A DNA stretch of 61,892 nt, from positions 1 through 61,892 of the forward strand of contig JACDQK010000078.1 in NCBI GenBank assembly GCA_015657645.1, given 5' to 3'. Shown here in pieces: positions 7,260 through 16,996 of this stretch. Position numbers and translations under genes: made by a program. Under the pieces are notes generated by a model that saw only the letters and a program-made list of their open reading frames with translations, had not been told where the DNA came from and made no database searches. Origin of the DNA: Novosphingobium sp. (lineage in GTDB: Bacteria > Pseudomonadota > Alphaproteobacteria > Sphingomonadales > Sphingomonadaceae). Positions within the stretch are counted from its first letter, which is position 1. Each line of letters opens with the position of its first letter.

Positions 7260-9950
7260 ATGAATCAGAAGACCAAGCCGCGGATTGCGCTACTGTTTGC
7301 CCAGTTTGCCGCCTATCACACCGATCGCTGCGAAGCCGTCGCCCGGCGGCTGGGCGATCGGTGCGAGGTGCTGGCGGTCGAGGTAGCGACCACCTCGGCG
7401 ACCTATGCCTGGGAGCCGTCCGGGCCCACCGCCCATGCCCGCAAGCTGACGCTGTTTCCCGGCCGCTCGTATGACGATGTCCCGCCGCTGCAGCGCTTCT
7501 GGGCTCAGCTCCGCGCCCTGCGGAGCTGCCAGACTGTCTTCATCGGCATCGGCTATAACGAGCCCGATGTGATCCTGCTGTCCTGGACCCTGCGGTTGCT
7601 GGGCGTGCAGGTGATTGCCTTCAACGATTCCAAGTTTGACGACAAGCTTCGGCGGGCTAGTTTCGAGCTGTTCAAGCAGTTCGTGCTGCAGGCCTATTCC
7701 GGCGCGATTGTCGCCGGCCCGCGCCAGCGGGACTATCTCCGGTTTCTGGGCTTCCGGCGCCGCCGCTTGCTGCTGGGCTATGACACGGTCAGCGTTGGCC
7801 GGGTTCAAGGGTTAGCGGAAACGGCGGTGCCTGACTTTGCCGAACGGCCGCTGGTCTTTGTCGGGCGGTTCGTCGCCAAGAAGAACCTGCCGCTGCTGAT
7901 TGATGGCTATGCGGCCTATGCCGCAGCGGCCGGACCCGCTGCGCGCAAGCTCGTCCTGGCCGGTTCCGGTCCGGACGAAGTGAGCCTGCGCGACCAGGTT
8001 GCAGCGCTTGGGCTGACCGAACAGGTCGAGTTCACGGGTTTCCTGAAGGCCGATGATGTAGCCCGCCTGTTGGTCAGGGCCCTCGCCCTGGTCCTGCCCA
8101 GTTCGGAAGAGCAATGGGGCCTGGTGGTAAACGAGGCGCTGGCGGTCGGCGTACCGGTCATCCTCTCGACCCAGGCCGGATCGCGCGAGGCACTGGTCTG
8201 CAATCTGGTGAATGGCTTTCTGGTCGAGCCGAACTCGGCCGAGGGTATTGCCGCCGCCATGGCGGTGCTTGGCCGCGACGAGCAGACTTGGCAGCGCATG
8301 GCCGAGGCTTCGCGGGCACGGGCCTGGTTGGGCGATGCCGATCGCACAGCCGAAGCCGTCGATGCGATGCTGTTCCCGGCCAATCTGGCGGCTAGTGCCG
8401 ATGTCGCCCGGTTCGAGGCGGCCCTGTCGGGCCAGCCGCAGGCTGATCCGGCCCTGGCGGCGAAGGCGGCTGCCCCTGGTTATTGGCAGCAATACTATGC
8501 CGCCGCTGCCGCGCCCGAAGCGCCATCGGACTTTGCCCGCTTCGCCAGCGAACGCCTGGCGAGTTATCCGACCATCATCGAACTGGGCTGCGGCAATGGC
8601 CGGGATTCGCTGCACTTCCTCAAGGAGGGGTGGCAGGTCCGCGCGCTCGATGCTTCGACCGCCGCAGTCGAATCCTGCCGCCGCCGCGCGGCCGAGGCCG
8701 GACATGACCCGGCGCGCGGCCAGTTCACCAGCGGCAGCGTCGCCGATCCGGCGGCCTGGCAAGGGCTGGCAGCGGGGACGGACGGACCCATCGGGATCTA
8801 CGCCCGCTTCCTGTTCCATGCGATCGACGATGCGACCCAAGCGGCATTGCTGGACGAAGCAGCCGGCCTGCTTGCCGCGCGCGACGGGGCATTGGTGGCG
8901 GAATTCCGCACCCCGGCCGATGAACCGCTGCAGAAGGTCGAGGCACCGCATTACCGCCGCTATGTCGATCCGGACCAGTTCTGCGCCGAACTGGAACGGC
9001 GCGGACTGGCCGTAATCTATCGCCGCGAAGGGCAGGGCATGGCCCGCTACCGCGACGAGGATGCCCATGTTGTGCGGATCGTTGCGATACCGGCCGTGAC
9101 CTATGCCAATGGCACACCTTCGCCGGGATTGGAGCGGCTGCACGCGGCCACAAAACGGCTGGCGGCGCAGTTCGTTGATTACTGCCGCGAAGAAGGCCTG
9201 CGCTCGTTCCTGGTGGCCGGTTCGGCGCTGGGGGCGATCCGGCACGGAGATATCATCCCCTGGGACGACGACGTCGACCTTGGCATGCTGCGCGAGGATT
9301 ACGTCGCGCTGCTGGCTGCCTGGGAGCGCCGCCCCCTGCCAGGGCTGACCCTGCAACACCACGGCACCGAGGCCGGCTATCCGCTGGCCTATGCCAAGCT
9401 GCGGATCGACGGGACCCGGGTGCATGAACGGACCTTTGCCGGCACCGGTTTTCACGAGGGGATCGGGCTCGACATCTTCCCCTTCGATGCCCTGCCGCGC
9501 TCTGCCCTGGTGCGGCGGCTGCAGCACTGGGGGCTGCTGGCGGTCAACATCTTCGTCATGTCTTATAGCCCGGAGGTGACGCACAATTCCGGCAAGCCGC
9601 TGCTCAATGCCCTGCGCGGCGCGGCGCTGGCGCTGCGCCCGGTCCTGCCGATCCGGGCGCTGATCGGCCTGCGCGAATGGCTCAGCAACCCGCGCGGGAT
9701 AGCCCGCAGCAGCGAACGGGCCTGCTTCGAGATGTGGGGCATCCGCTTTGCCCGCCGCACCTGGGTGCCGGAGGAGTGGCTCGTTCCGACCCGGCCGGCC
9801 CCATTTGGTGATGGTGAGATGCCGGTGCCGGGCCAGGCCGAGGCCTATCTCAAGGCATCGTTCGGCGATTATCAGGCTTTCCCACCCGAAGATCGCCGCC
9901 ACCCGCTCCACGTCACCGCCGCCGAATTCGGCCGGCCCGACAACGTTTGA
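7260..9950 (+). CDS. Tri-domain fusion: GT4 glycosyltransferase + class I SAM methyltransferase + LicD-family phosphotransferase
   Basis: One 896-aa ORF: FVGRFVAKKN and LPSSEEQWGLVVNEA (GT4); IIELGCGNGRDS and YARFLFHAI (MTase); GSALGAIRHGDIIPWDDDVDLGM and LDIFPFD (LicD). Confidence 0.85.
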   Translation: MNQKTKPRIALLFAQFAAYHTDRCEAVARRLGDRCEVLAVEVATTSATYAWEPSGPTAHARKLTLFPGRSYDDVPPLQRFWAQLRALRSCQTVFIGIGYNEPDVILLSWTLRLLGVQVIAFNDSKFDDKLRRASFELFKQFVLQAYSGAIVAGPRQRDYLRFLGFRRRRLLLGYDTVSVGRVQGLAETAVPDFAERPLVFVGRFVAKKNLPLLIDGYAAYAAAAGPAARKLVLAGSGPDEVSLRDQVAALGLTEQVEFTGFLKADDVARLLVRALALVLPSSEEQWGLVVNEALAVGVPVILSTQAGSREALVCNLVNGFLVEPNSAEGIAAAMAVLGRDEQTWQRMAEASRARAWLGDADRTAEAVDAMLFPANLAASADVARFEAALSGQPQADPALAAKAAAPGYWQQYYAAAAAPEAPSDFARFASERLASYPTIIELGCGNGRDSLHFLKEGWQVRALDASTAAVESCRRRAAEAGHDPARGQFTSGSVADPAAWQGLAAGTDGPIGIYARFLFHAIDDATQAALLDEAAGLLAARDGALVAEFRTPADEPLQKVEAPHYRRYVDPDQFCAELERRGLAVIYRREGQGMARYRDEDAHVVRIVAIPAVTYANGTPSPGLERLHAATKRLAAQFVDYCREEGLRSFLVAGSALGAIRHGDIIPWDDDVDLGMLREDYVALLAAWERRPLPGLTLQHHGTEAGYPLAYAKLRIDGTRVHERTFAGTGFHEGIGLDIFPFDALPRSALVRRLQHWGLLAVNIFVMSYSPEVTHNSGKPLLNALRGAALALRPVLPIRALIGLREWLSNPRGIARSSERACFEMWGIRFARRTWVPEEWLVPTRPAPFGDGEMPVPGQAEAYLKASFGDYQAFPPEDRRHPLHVTAAEFGRPDNV

Positions 9951-9962
9951 CGCGCCGGCGGC

Positions 9963-11115
9963 ATGGCCATGGCACCGCTCCTTTCGGGCAAGCGCATCGG
10001 CCTCCTCACCGCTTCGGCTTCGCGGCTGGGTGGCGGGGTGTTCGAAGCGGTGGTGATCCAGGCTGATCTGATCCGCAGCCTGGGGGGTGAGCCGGTGATT
10101 GTGGCCCTGGCAGACCGGTTCAGCGCCGAAGACCGTCCGCGTTTCGGCGCCAGCGAAGTGATCCATGTGCCGGTCCGCGGCCCGGCGCAGATCGGCTATG
10201 CGCCGCAGCTGATCGAAGCGCTGCTGGCAGCGCGGCTGGATTGCCTGCACCTCCACGGCATCTGGATGTCATCCATCCCACGCCGCGCGGCGCTGGCGTG
10301 AGGCGACCGGGCGGGCCAGCCTGATCTCGCCGCACGGCATGCTCGATCCCTGGATCACGGCGCGGGGGCGCTGGAAAAAGGCGCTGGCGCGGCGCGGCTA
10401 TGAGCGGGCCGGTTGGCGCGCCGCCAGCGCTTTTCACGCCCTGACCCAGCGCGAGGCCGGTGATATCGCGCGCGAGAGCGGCCGGAGCGACAGCCTGGTC
10501 ATTCCCAATGCCGGCCCGCCGGTCAGCGCGCCGGTCACCGCCGCCCGCGCGCCGCACCTGTTGTTCCTCAGCCGGATTCATCCCAAGAAGAACCTGGCGC
10601 CGCTGATCGCCGCCTGGCGTGAACTGGTTGGCGCAGGCGCCTTGCCTGAAGCTGCCCGGCTGACCCTGGCGGGCTGGGGCGAGCCAGGCGATGTCGCCGC
10701 GCTCGAAGCCCTGCTTCGCGATGCCCCGCCATCGCTGCACTTCATCGGGCCGTGCTTCGGTGCGGACAAGGCGCGCGAACTGGCCGAGGCGCGCTTTGTC
10801 GTCCTGCCCTCGCTCAGCGAAGGCCTGCCGATGACCTTGCTTGAGGCCTGGGCCGCGGGCACCCCGACGCTTCAGACCAGCGAGTGCAACCTGCCCGAAG
10901 GGTTTGCGGCCGGCGCCGCGCTCGACTGCGGAATGGACCAGGCCTCGCTCAAAGCTGCGCTGGCCGAGGCCCTGACCATGCCCGATGCGCGCTGGCTGGA
11001 CATGGCCCGCGCTGCGCAGGGCCTTGCCAGCGGGCCCTTTTCGGGCGAACGGGTGGCGCAGCAATGGGGCGAAGCCTATGCCCGCCTGATCGCCGCACCG
11101 GGAGCCGTATCATGA
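9963..11115 (+). CDS. Glycosyltransferase family 4 (apparent +1 frameshift near 10270)
   Basis: Removing one base joins HLHGIWM to YPSHAARRWREATGRASLISPHGMLDPW; FLSRIHPKKN and LPSLSEGLPMTLLEA motifs. Confidence 0.85.
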
Positions 11116-11678
11116 CCCCGCTCGATGCCCGCCAGACCAAGCCGCTCGAAGGTGGCGCCAGCTTCTCGCTGGGCAACCGGCTGCTGCGGGTCTGCTGGGG
11201 CCTGACCTGGTTGCTGCTGGCGCGCTTCACCCCGCCTCCGTTGCACGCCTGGCGGCGGCTGGTGCTGCGGGCCTTCGGGGCCAAGGTCGGCAGCGGCGCG
11301 CGGGTCCATGGCAGCGTGCGGATCTGGCTGCCAGCCAATCTGGAGCTGGGCGAGCACTGCCTGATCGGCCCCGGCGCGCAGCTTTATAACCAGGGTAGGA
11401 TCACGATCGGCGCGCGCAGCGTGGTCTCGCAGGGCGCGCATATTTGCGCCAGCACCCACGACATTGCCGATCCGCAATTCCAGCTGCTGCTTCGCCCGGT
11501 GACCATCGGCGCGCAGGCCTGGGTCGCGGCCGAGGCCTTTGTCGGGCCGGGCGTGAGCGTGGGTGACCGCGCTGTAGTCGGCGCGCGAGCCGCCCTGTTC
11601 GAAGATGCCGCGCCCGACGGGGTCTATTCAGGCAATCCCGCGCGGTTGATCAAGCAGCGCCAGCTCCGCGCGCCATGA
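11112..11678 (+). CDS. WcaF-like hexapeptide-repeat polysaccharide O-acetyltransferase
   Basis: FSLGNRLLR...WRRLVLRAFGAKVG, SQGAHICASTHD, GNPARLIK; ATGA overlap with the upstream gene. Confidence 0.85.
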   Translation: MTPLDARQTKPLEGGASFSLGNRLLRVCWGLTWLLLARFTPPPLHAWRRLVLRAFGAKVGSGARVHGSVRIWLPANLELGEHCLIGPGAQLYNQGRITIGARSVVSQGAHICASTHDIADPQFQLLLRPVTIGAQAWVAAEAFVGPGVSVGDRAVVGARAALFEDAAPDGVYSGNPARLIKQRQLRAP

Positions 11679-12853
11679 GCCCGGCAGCGCTGCGCCGCCG
11701 CCTGCTTGATCTGGTCGGGACGCGCCGCCTGGCTGAATTTGCCGACCTGTCTGCGGAGAATCTCGTCGCACTGGAGCGGATGGCCGTGCAGCACCGTCTG
11801 CAACCCTTGCTCCATCACCAGCACCGCACCCATCCGGACTTACCGCCAGTCCTTGCCGAAGCCTGGAGCGCGGCCTTTCGCAGCCAGGCGCTGCTGGCGC
11901 TGAGCCAGCGGGCCGAGCTGGACCGGACCGTGGCCCTGCTGCGCGCGGGCGGTTTTGCGCCGTTGGCGCTCAAGGGCGCCTGGCTCAGCCGTTATGCCTA
12001 TCCGCACCCAGCGCTGCGGCCACTGCGCGATATCGACCTGCTGCTTGATCCCGATAGCGTGATCCCGGCCTTCGCGCGGCTGGAGGCCGAAGGCTGCCGC
12101 CAGATCGAGCCCTCCGAACTGCCGCTGGCTGACCTCATCCGCACCGACAAGCACCTGCCGCCGCTGCTCTCGCCAGGCGGCACGGTGGTCGAACTGCACC
12201 ACCACCTGTGGGAGCCTGATGGCCGGCTTGATCACGCCAGTCCGGCGGCAATCGATGCGGCGGTGCGGGCTGCGGCCGTGACCGAGGTGGACGGTCTCGC
12301 ATACCCCGCACCAATCGACATGCTGGCGCACCTGATTGCCCACGCGGTCTACAGCCACCGGCTTGATTGCGGACCACTGTTGCTCGCGGATATCGACTTC
12401 CTGCTGCGAGTCCGCCCGATCGATTGGGTGCAGTTCTGGGACCGCGCTGCGGCGGAGGGCTGGGCCAACGGTGCGCGCCTGGTCCTAGCCCTCGTTGAGC
12501 GACACCGCACTGGGGCTACGATCGACTGGGGCGATCAGGCACCGGTTCCCGCTGCGCTGCTTGACGATGCGGCTGACCTGCTGCTGCAGGAACTGGACCG
12601 GCGGCAGAGTGCCGGGGTCTTGGCCAGCCTCCAGCGCCGCGGCTGGCAGGGGCTGCTCGACCGCGTGACGGGTCGCCGCCGGGTCGCGGCCGGGCCCGCG
12701 GTGCAGCGCGACATGGCAGCGGCGGGGGGCTTCCTTAGCTGGGCCGGCTCGCGCTGGCGGCGTACGGCCGGCGATCTGGCGCACCGCGACACCCGCCAGC
12801 AGGCACGGTCACTAGCGCGGCTAAGCACCTGGCTTGATCGCCCAGCGGACTAG
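11675..12853 (+). CDS. Nucleotidyltransferase family protein (NTP_transf_5-like)
   Basis: LKGAWLSRYAYPHPALRPLRDIDLL and VELHHHL motifs. Confidence 0.8.
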   Translation: MSPAALRRRLLDLVGTRRLAEFADLSAENLVALERMAVQHRLQPLLHHQHRTHPDLPPVLAEAWSAAFRSQALLALSQRAELDRTVALLRAGGFAPLALKGAWLSRYAYPHPALRPLRDIDLLLDPDSVIPAFARLEAEGCRQIEPSELPLADLIRTDKHLPPLLSPGGTVVELHHHLWEPDGRLDHASPAAIDAAVRAAAVTEVDGLAYPAPIDMLAHLIAHAVYSHRLDCGPLLLADIDFLLRVRPIDWVQFWDRAAAEGWANGARLVLALVERHRTGATIDWGDQAPVPAALLDDAADLLLQELDRRQSAGVLASLQRRGWQGLLDRVTGRRRVAAGPAVQRDMAAAGGFLSWAGSRWRRTAGDLAHRDTRQQARSLARLSTWLDRPAD

Positions 12854-14043
12854 CGTCGCGTCAGGGCAATCTCGTCGATGCTGACTTCGCCTGCGCCAGG
12901 GGCGAGCCACAATTGCAGCAGGGGCGCTTCGCAGGCGCCGCCATGGGTCAGGTCGGCAATGCCGCGTCCGCCATCGACCGCGCCGTTTAGCGGGTTGGCC
13001 AGGACTCGTTCAGGCCGGCAGCTCAGGCTGGCCGCAATCCGCGATGGCCGTGCGGGGCCGGTCGCAGCCTCGCGCCAGGTCAGGCGGTAAGTGCCGGGTG
13101 CCAGGACAATCCGCTGCATCGTGAGGGGCACCAGTGTCGCCGCCGTGCTGCTGGCGCGCAGGACGTGCTGGCCGAAGCTGGCGCTGACCACGTCGGCCAG
13201 CAGCGCGCCATTGCCGGGGAACTGCCAGTCAAACGGCGTCTTGCCGCCCGCTTCGCCGGTCTGCTCGAAACTGGCATCGTTGACCAGGCCAGGCGCAGCG
13301 GCGCGCGGGCACTGGCTGGACCAGAGCTGGCTGGCCAGTGCGGCCTGCGTCTGGGCCAGGCTGACCACCATCGGCGCGATCGCATCGCAGCCCAGCTTGC
13401 TGCCCAGACCTGCCGCGGCAATCAGCACCGTGGCGCGCCCGGCCAGGCGATCGAGCGGTTGGCCCGGCTGCGGCTGGGCATAGGCGCGAGCCCAGTTGGC
13501 GCCGCTGGCAATCTGCTGGGCGATCAGCATCTGCCCGCGCGGATCGCCTTCGAACCGGGCGGAGAGCTGGTCGATCGCCGGGGCTTCGGGCCACTGGCGA
13601 GCAATCGCGCCAAAGCGGGTGCCGGCCCGGTTCAGGTCACCAGCCGCCAGCGCGATCTGCAGCCAGTAGACCTGCGTTGCAGCATCGCGCCAGCCGAGCT
13701 TGGCCGAAGCGCGAAAGGCATTGGCCGCCCCGCCCGCATCGCCCTGGGCCAGCCGCGCCGTGCCGAGCAGGCCGGCGGCCTGCGGACCAAGCGGATCACG
13801 GCGGACCAGCGCTTCGGCGAGCGGGCCGATCTGCCCAGCCTTGCCAGCCAGCAGCAGCGCCTTGCTCTCGCTGGCCAGTGCCTGTTGGCGGAAAGGTTCG
13901 GGGACGCGGGCCGCAGCGCCGGGATCATTCGTCGTCGCCCGATCGAAGGCCAGTGCCGCACTCAGCCCGGCATAGCCTAGCGCCGCGACGCCAACTGCGG
14001 CGAGGACCGCCTTCCGCCTGTCAGCGGTGCGCGGTCCGGCCAT
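12850..14043 (-). CDS. Membrane-anchored periplasmic protein with TPR-like helices and a C-terminal carbohydrate-binding-like beta-sandwich (EPS-locus associated)
   Basis: N-terminal TM, Ala-rich helical repeats, LVNDASFE...PFDW...LAPGTYRL pattern; last gene of the export arm. Confidence 0.6.
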   Translation of the reverse strand: MAGPRTADRRKAVLAAVGVAALGYAGLSAALAFDRATTNDPGAAARVPEPFRQQALASESKALLLAGKAGQIGPLAEALVRRDPLGPQAAGLLGTARLAQGDAGGAANAFRASAKLGWRDAATQVYWLQIALAAGDLNRAGTRFGAIARQWPEAPAIDQLSARFEGDPRGQMLIAQQIASGANWARAYAQPQPGQPLDRLAGRATVLIAAAGLGSKLGCDAIAPMVVSLAQTQAALASQLWSSQCPRAAAPGLVNDASFEQTGEAGGKTPFDWQFPGNGALLADVVSASFGQHVLRASSTAATLVPLTMQRIVLAPGTYRLTWREAATGPARPSRIAASLSCRPERVLANPLNGAVDGGRGIADLTHGGACEAPLLQLWLAPGAGEVSIDEIALTRR

Positions 14044-14044
14044 A

Positions 14045-16253
14045 CTAGTCGCGCTCCCGGTCGTTGTGTTCGTAGGTGTAGTACTGGTAGCCGTAGTATT
14101 CGGAGTAGCGGTTGCCCGAGCGGGTCGGGTCGAACTTGGTCAGCACCGCACCCAGCAGGATCGGCCGCATCGCGCGCAGGCGGCGCAGCGCGGTCTTGAG
14201 CGAGCCGCGGCGGCTGCGGTCGCTTTCGACCACGAAGATCACCCCGTCGGCCAGCGCCGACAGCGCCGGAGCATCGGCCAGGCCGAGGATCGGCGGGCTG
14301 TCGATCACCACAACGTCGAAAGTGCGGGCCAGCTCCTGGACGACATGCTCCATCCGCGGCGAGGAGACCAGTTCGGTCGGGCTGGGCGGGATCGGGCCCG
14401 AGGCGATGACGAACAGGTTTTCCTGCGGGGTCGCCTGGATCGCGCTTTCCACGGGATCGCCCGAGGTCAAAAGGTCGGTCAGGCCGCGGTCGTTGGCCAG
14501 GCCGAAGCGGCGGTGGATTGACGGGCGGCGCAAGTCGGCATCGATCAGCGCAACCTTGCGGCCCATCCGCGCCAGGCTGGCGGCGGTTGCAAAGCTGGTC
14601 GTGGTCTTGCCTTCGGCCGACTGGGCCGAGGTGACCAGCATGACTTGCGGCAGGCCAGCCGAAGTCGAATAGAGCAGCGCGGCGCGCAGCGAGTTGTAGG
14701 CTTCGGAAACCGGCGACTTGGGATCGCCCATCTCGCTGTCGGGATCGCGGCCCGTGGCCTTGGGAACCACGCCCAGCAGCGGCAGGCGCAGCTTGGATTC
14801 GACGTCTTCCGGCACGCGGATCGCGTCGTCCAGCTGGTCCTTGATGAACAGGGTCAGCGCTGCCAGACCGACGCCGATCAGCAGCGCCAGCAGCAGGTTC
14901 TTGAACATGTTGGGCGAGGTCGGGACGCTCGGCCGCTCGGCGCTATCGATGATCGACACGTTGCTCGAGCTGATGCCGGCCGTGGCGTTGAGCTCGTTGT
15001 AGCGCTTCAGCAGCCCGTCATAGAGCGTGCGGTTGGTATCGGCCTCGCGCTTGAGCAGGCCGTACTGCACATTCTTGTCCTGCTCGCGCAGGTTCTCACC
15101 CTTGATGCTTTCAAGCTTGGCCAGCAGCGCCTGCTCGGTACCCTGCGCGGCCAGCATTTCGGCCCGGATCGAATTGCGGACCGACTGCGCGGCGGATTGC
15201 AGTTCGGAATCGAGCCTGGCCAGCTGGGCGCGCTTTTCGCGCACGGTCGGATAGTCTTCCAGGTGCTTGGACAGTTCCCGCTGCAACTCGGCCTGGGTGG
15301 TGGCGCGGTTGGTCATCAGGCTGGAGACAGTCGAATTGCCCAGCACTTCGCGGCTCGACAGCAGCGGAACCGACGAGATAGCGCGCCAGCGCCCTTCCGC
15401 GGCCACCCGGTCGGCCGTGGCCTGGTTGGCCGCGAGATTGAGCTGGAGCAGGCTGGCGGAAGTGACCGATCCGCCGGTGGCGGCTTCGCCGTTTTCGCCG
15501 GCGGCATCGCCCGTGCGGATCAGGCCGGTGCTGCGCGCATAGTCATTGAGATTGCGTTCGGCCTGCTCGACCCGCTGCTTGGCTTCGGTCATCTGGTTGG
15601 AGACGAATTCGCGGGCGTAGGACGAGCTGTCGAACTTGCGCTGCAGGTTCGACTGAATGAACTCGCCGGCAAAGGCATTGGCAATTTCGGCCGACATGGC
15701 GGGATCGGCACTTTCGAACGAGATCGTGACGATGCGCGAATCGCGCGGCAGGGTGACCTTGAGGTTGCCTGCAGCAGGCCAACCACCTGGTTGCGCATCC
15801 CTTCGGCCGTGGCACCAGCGCCGGCGCTTTCGATTCCATCGCCGTGTAGAATTCAGGCCGTGTCTGCAGCTTCAGCTTCTGCGCGACCCGCTGGGCGAGG
15901 CCGCGGCTGCGCAGGATATCGGTCTGCGTCTTGAGGAAGCGATCAACGTCGTAAAGGTTCGATTCCTGCGCGGTCTGGTCATCGTTATCGCCGATCACAC
16001 GGTCGCTGCTGTCGTTGATCTGGATCGTCGTATTGGCCGTGTAGCGCGGCGTGTCGAGCAGGGTGATCACCAGTGCCGCACCCAGCGCGACGAGGATGAT
16101 TGCACTGATCAGCAGCAGGTTGCTGCGGATCGCGGCGGCGATGTAGCGCAGATCGAATGTGCCGCGCGTCATCGCCTGGAAGACTTCCGGCTCGTCGTGC
16201 AGGTCAACCGAATTGGTCGGCTGGATATCGCGCAGGATCGGGTGATCGTTCAT
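14045..16253 (-). CDS. wzc: Polysaccharide co-polymerase / tyrosine autokinase (Wzc/GumC family); two apparent 1-bp deletions near 15770-15825
   Basis: N-terminal TM and PRYTANTTIQI; second TM; Walker A VTSAQSAEGKTTT; DADLRRP; DSPPILGLAD; Tyr-rich tail YSEYYGYQYYTY. Confidence 0.9.
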
Positions 16254-16285
16254 GACTAGTTCGAGGCTCCGCCAAGGCTGCGCAT

Positions 16286-16996
16286 TCAGCGAACCACGTA
16301 GAAGAGGTTAAGCAAGGGGGCGGTCTCGCGCACGTCGCGCCAGAAGCCCTTGGAGCCCGAATAGCCGACCACGACCGTGTCGCCGCCGATGATCTGCGGA
16401 TCGTCGGCCCGGCCACTGCGGATCTGGTCGAGGTCGAATCGGGCACCCAGGCGGCGCCCGTCGATCACCCGGAAAACCATCACTTCGCTGTTCTTGGCGA
16501 CGCGATTGGGGCTGCCGGCCTGAGCAATCGCGGCGAGCAAGGTGGTGGTGACATCGGCCTCGTAAACGCCGGGATCCTCGACCTGGCCTTCCACCGCGAA
16601 GCGCGCCTTGGCCCGCTCGGTAATGCTGACTGAAACCTGCGGATCGCGGATGAAGCGCGCACCCAGCCGCCGCGCAATCTCGGCCCGCAGCTCTTCCGGG
16701 CTGACCCCGGCGGCAATCACTTGCCCGATCAGCGGAACCTGCACAAAGCCAGTGCTATCGACGACATAGTCGGTGCGCGAAAGCTCGCTCTCACCAAACA
16801 CGCTGATTGCCAGCTTGTCACCGGCGCGGATGCGCTGGGCGACCAGATCATCCATCGCCTTGACGGGGATCACGTCATAGGCTGCCTGCCCGGCCGGCAA
16901 GGGATTGTCGCGCGCTGCCAAGGGCGCGGTGCCGACTACCGTAAGGCTAAATGCGCACAGCGCCACGGACAGATCGCGATAGCGCCTGCGTGTCAT
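16286..16996 (-). CDS. Polysaccharide export OPX protein (Wza/GumB-like, short form)
   Basis: IRAGDKLAISVFGE...VPLIGQVIAAG...DPQVSV (Poly_export) plus SLBB region VEGQVEDPGVY. Confidence 0.85.
   Translation of the reverse strand: MTRRRYRDLSVALCAFSLTVVGTAPLAARDNPLPAGQAAYDVIPVKAMDDLVAQRIRAGDKLAISVFGESELSRTDYVVDSTGFVQVPLIGQVIAAGVSPEELRAEIARRLGARFIRDPQVSVSITERAKARFAVEGQVEDPGVYEADVTTTLLAAIAQAGSPNRVAKNSEVMVFRVIDGRRLGARFDLDQIRSGRADDPQIIGGDTVVVGYSGSKGFWRDVRETAPLLNLFYVVR

Noticed and set aside
7812-10256. 814-aa antisense ORF over the GT4-MTase-LicD gene
   Set aside because: Shadow ORF of high-GC coding sequence with no recognisable motifs. The same applies to 3724-5025, 14645-15934, 40405-42189, 46937-48619 and 51432-52994.
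11675-12853. Lasso peptide gene cluster
   Set aside because: No B1/B2 protease, asparagine-synthetase-like cyclase or precursor peptide in the window
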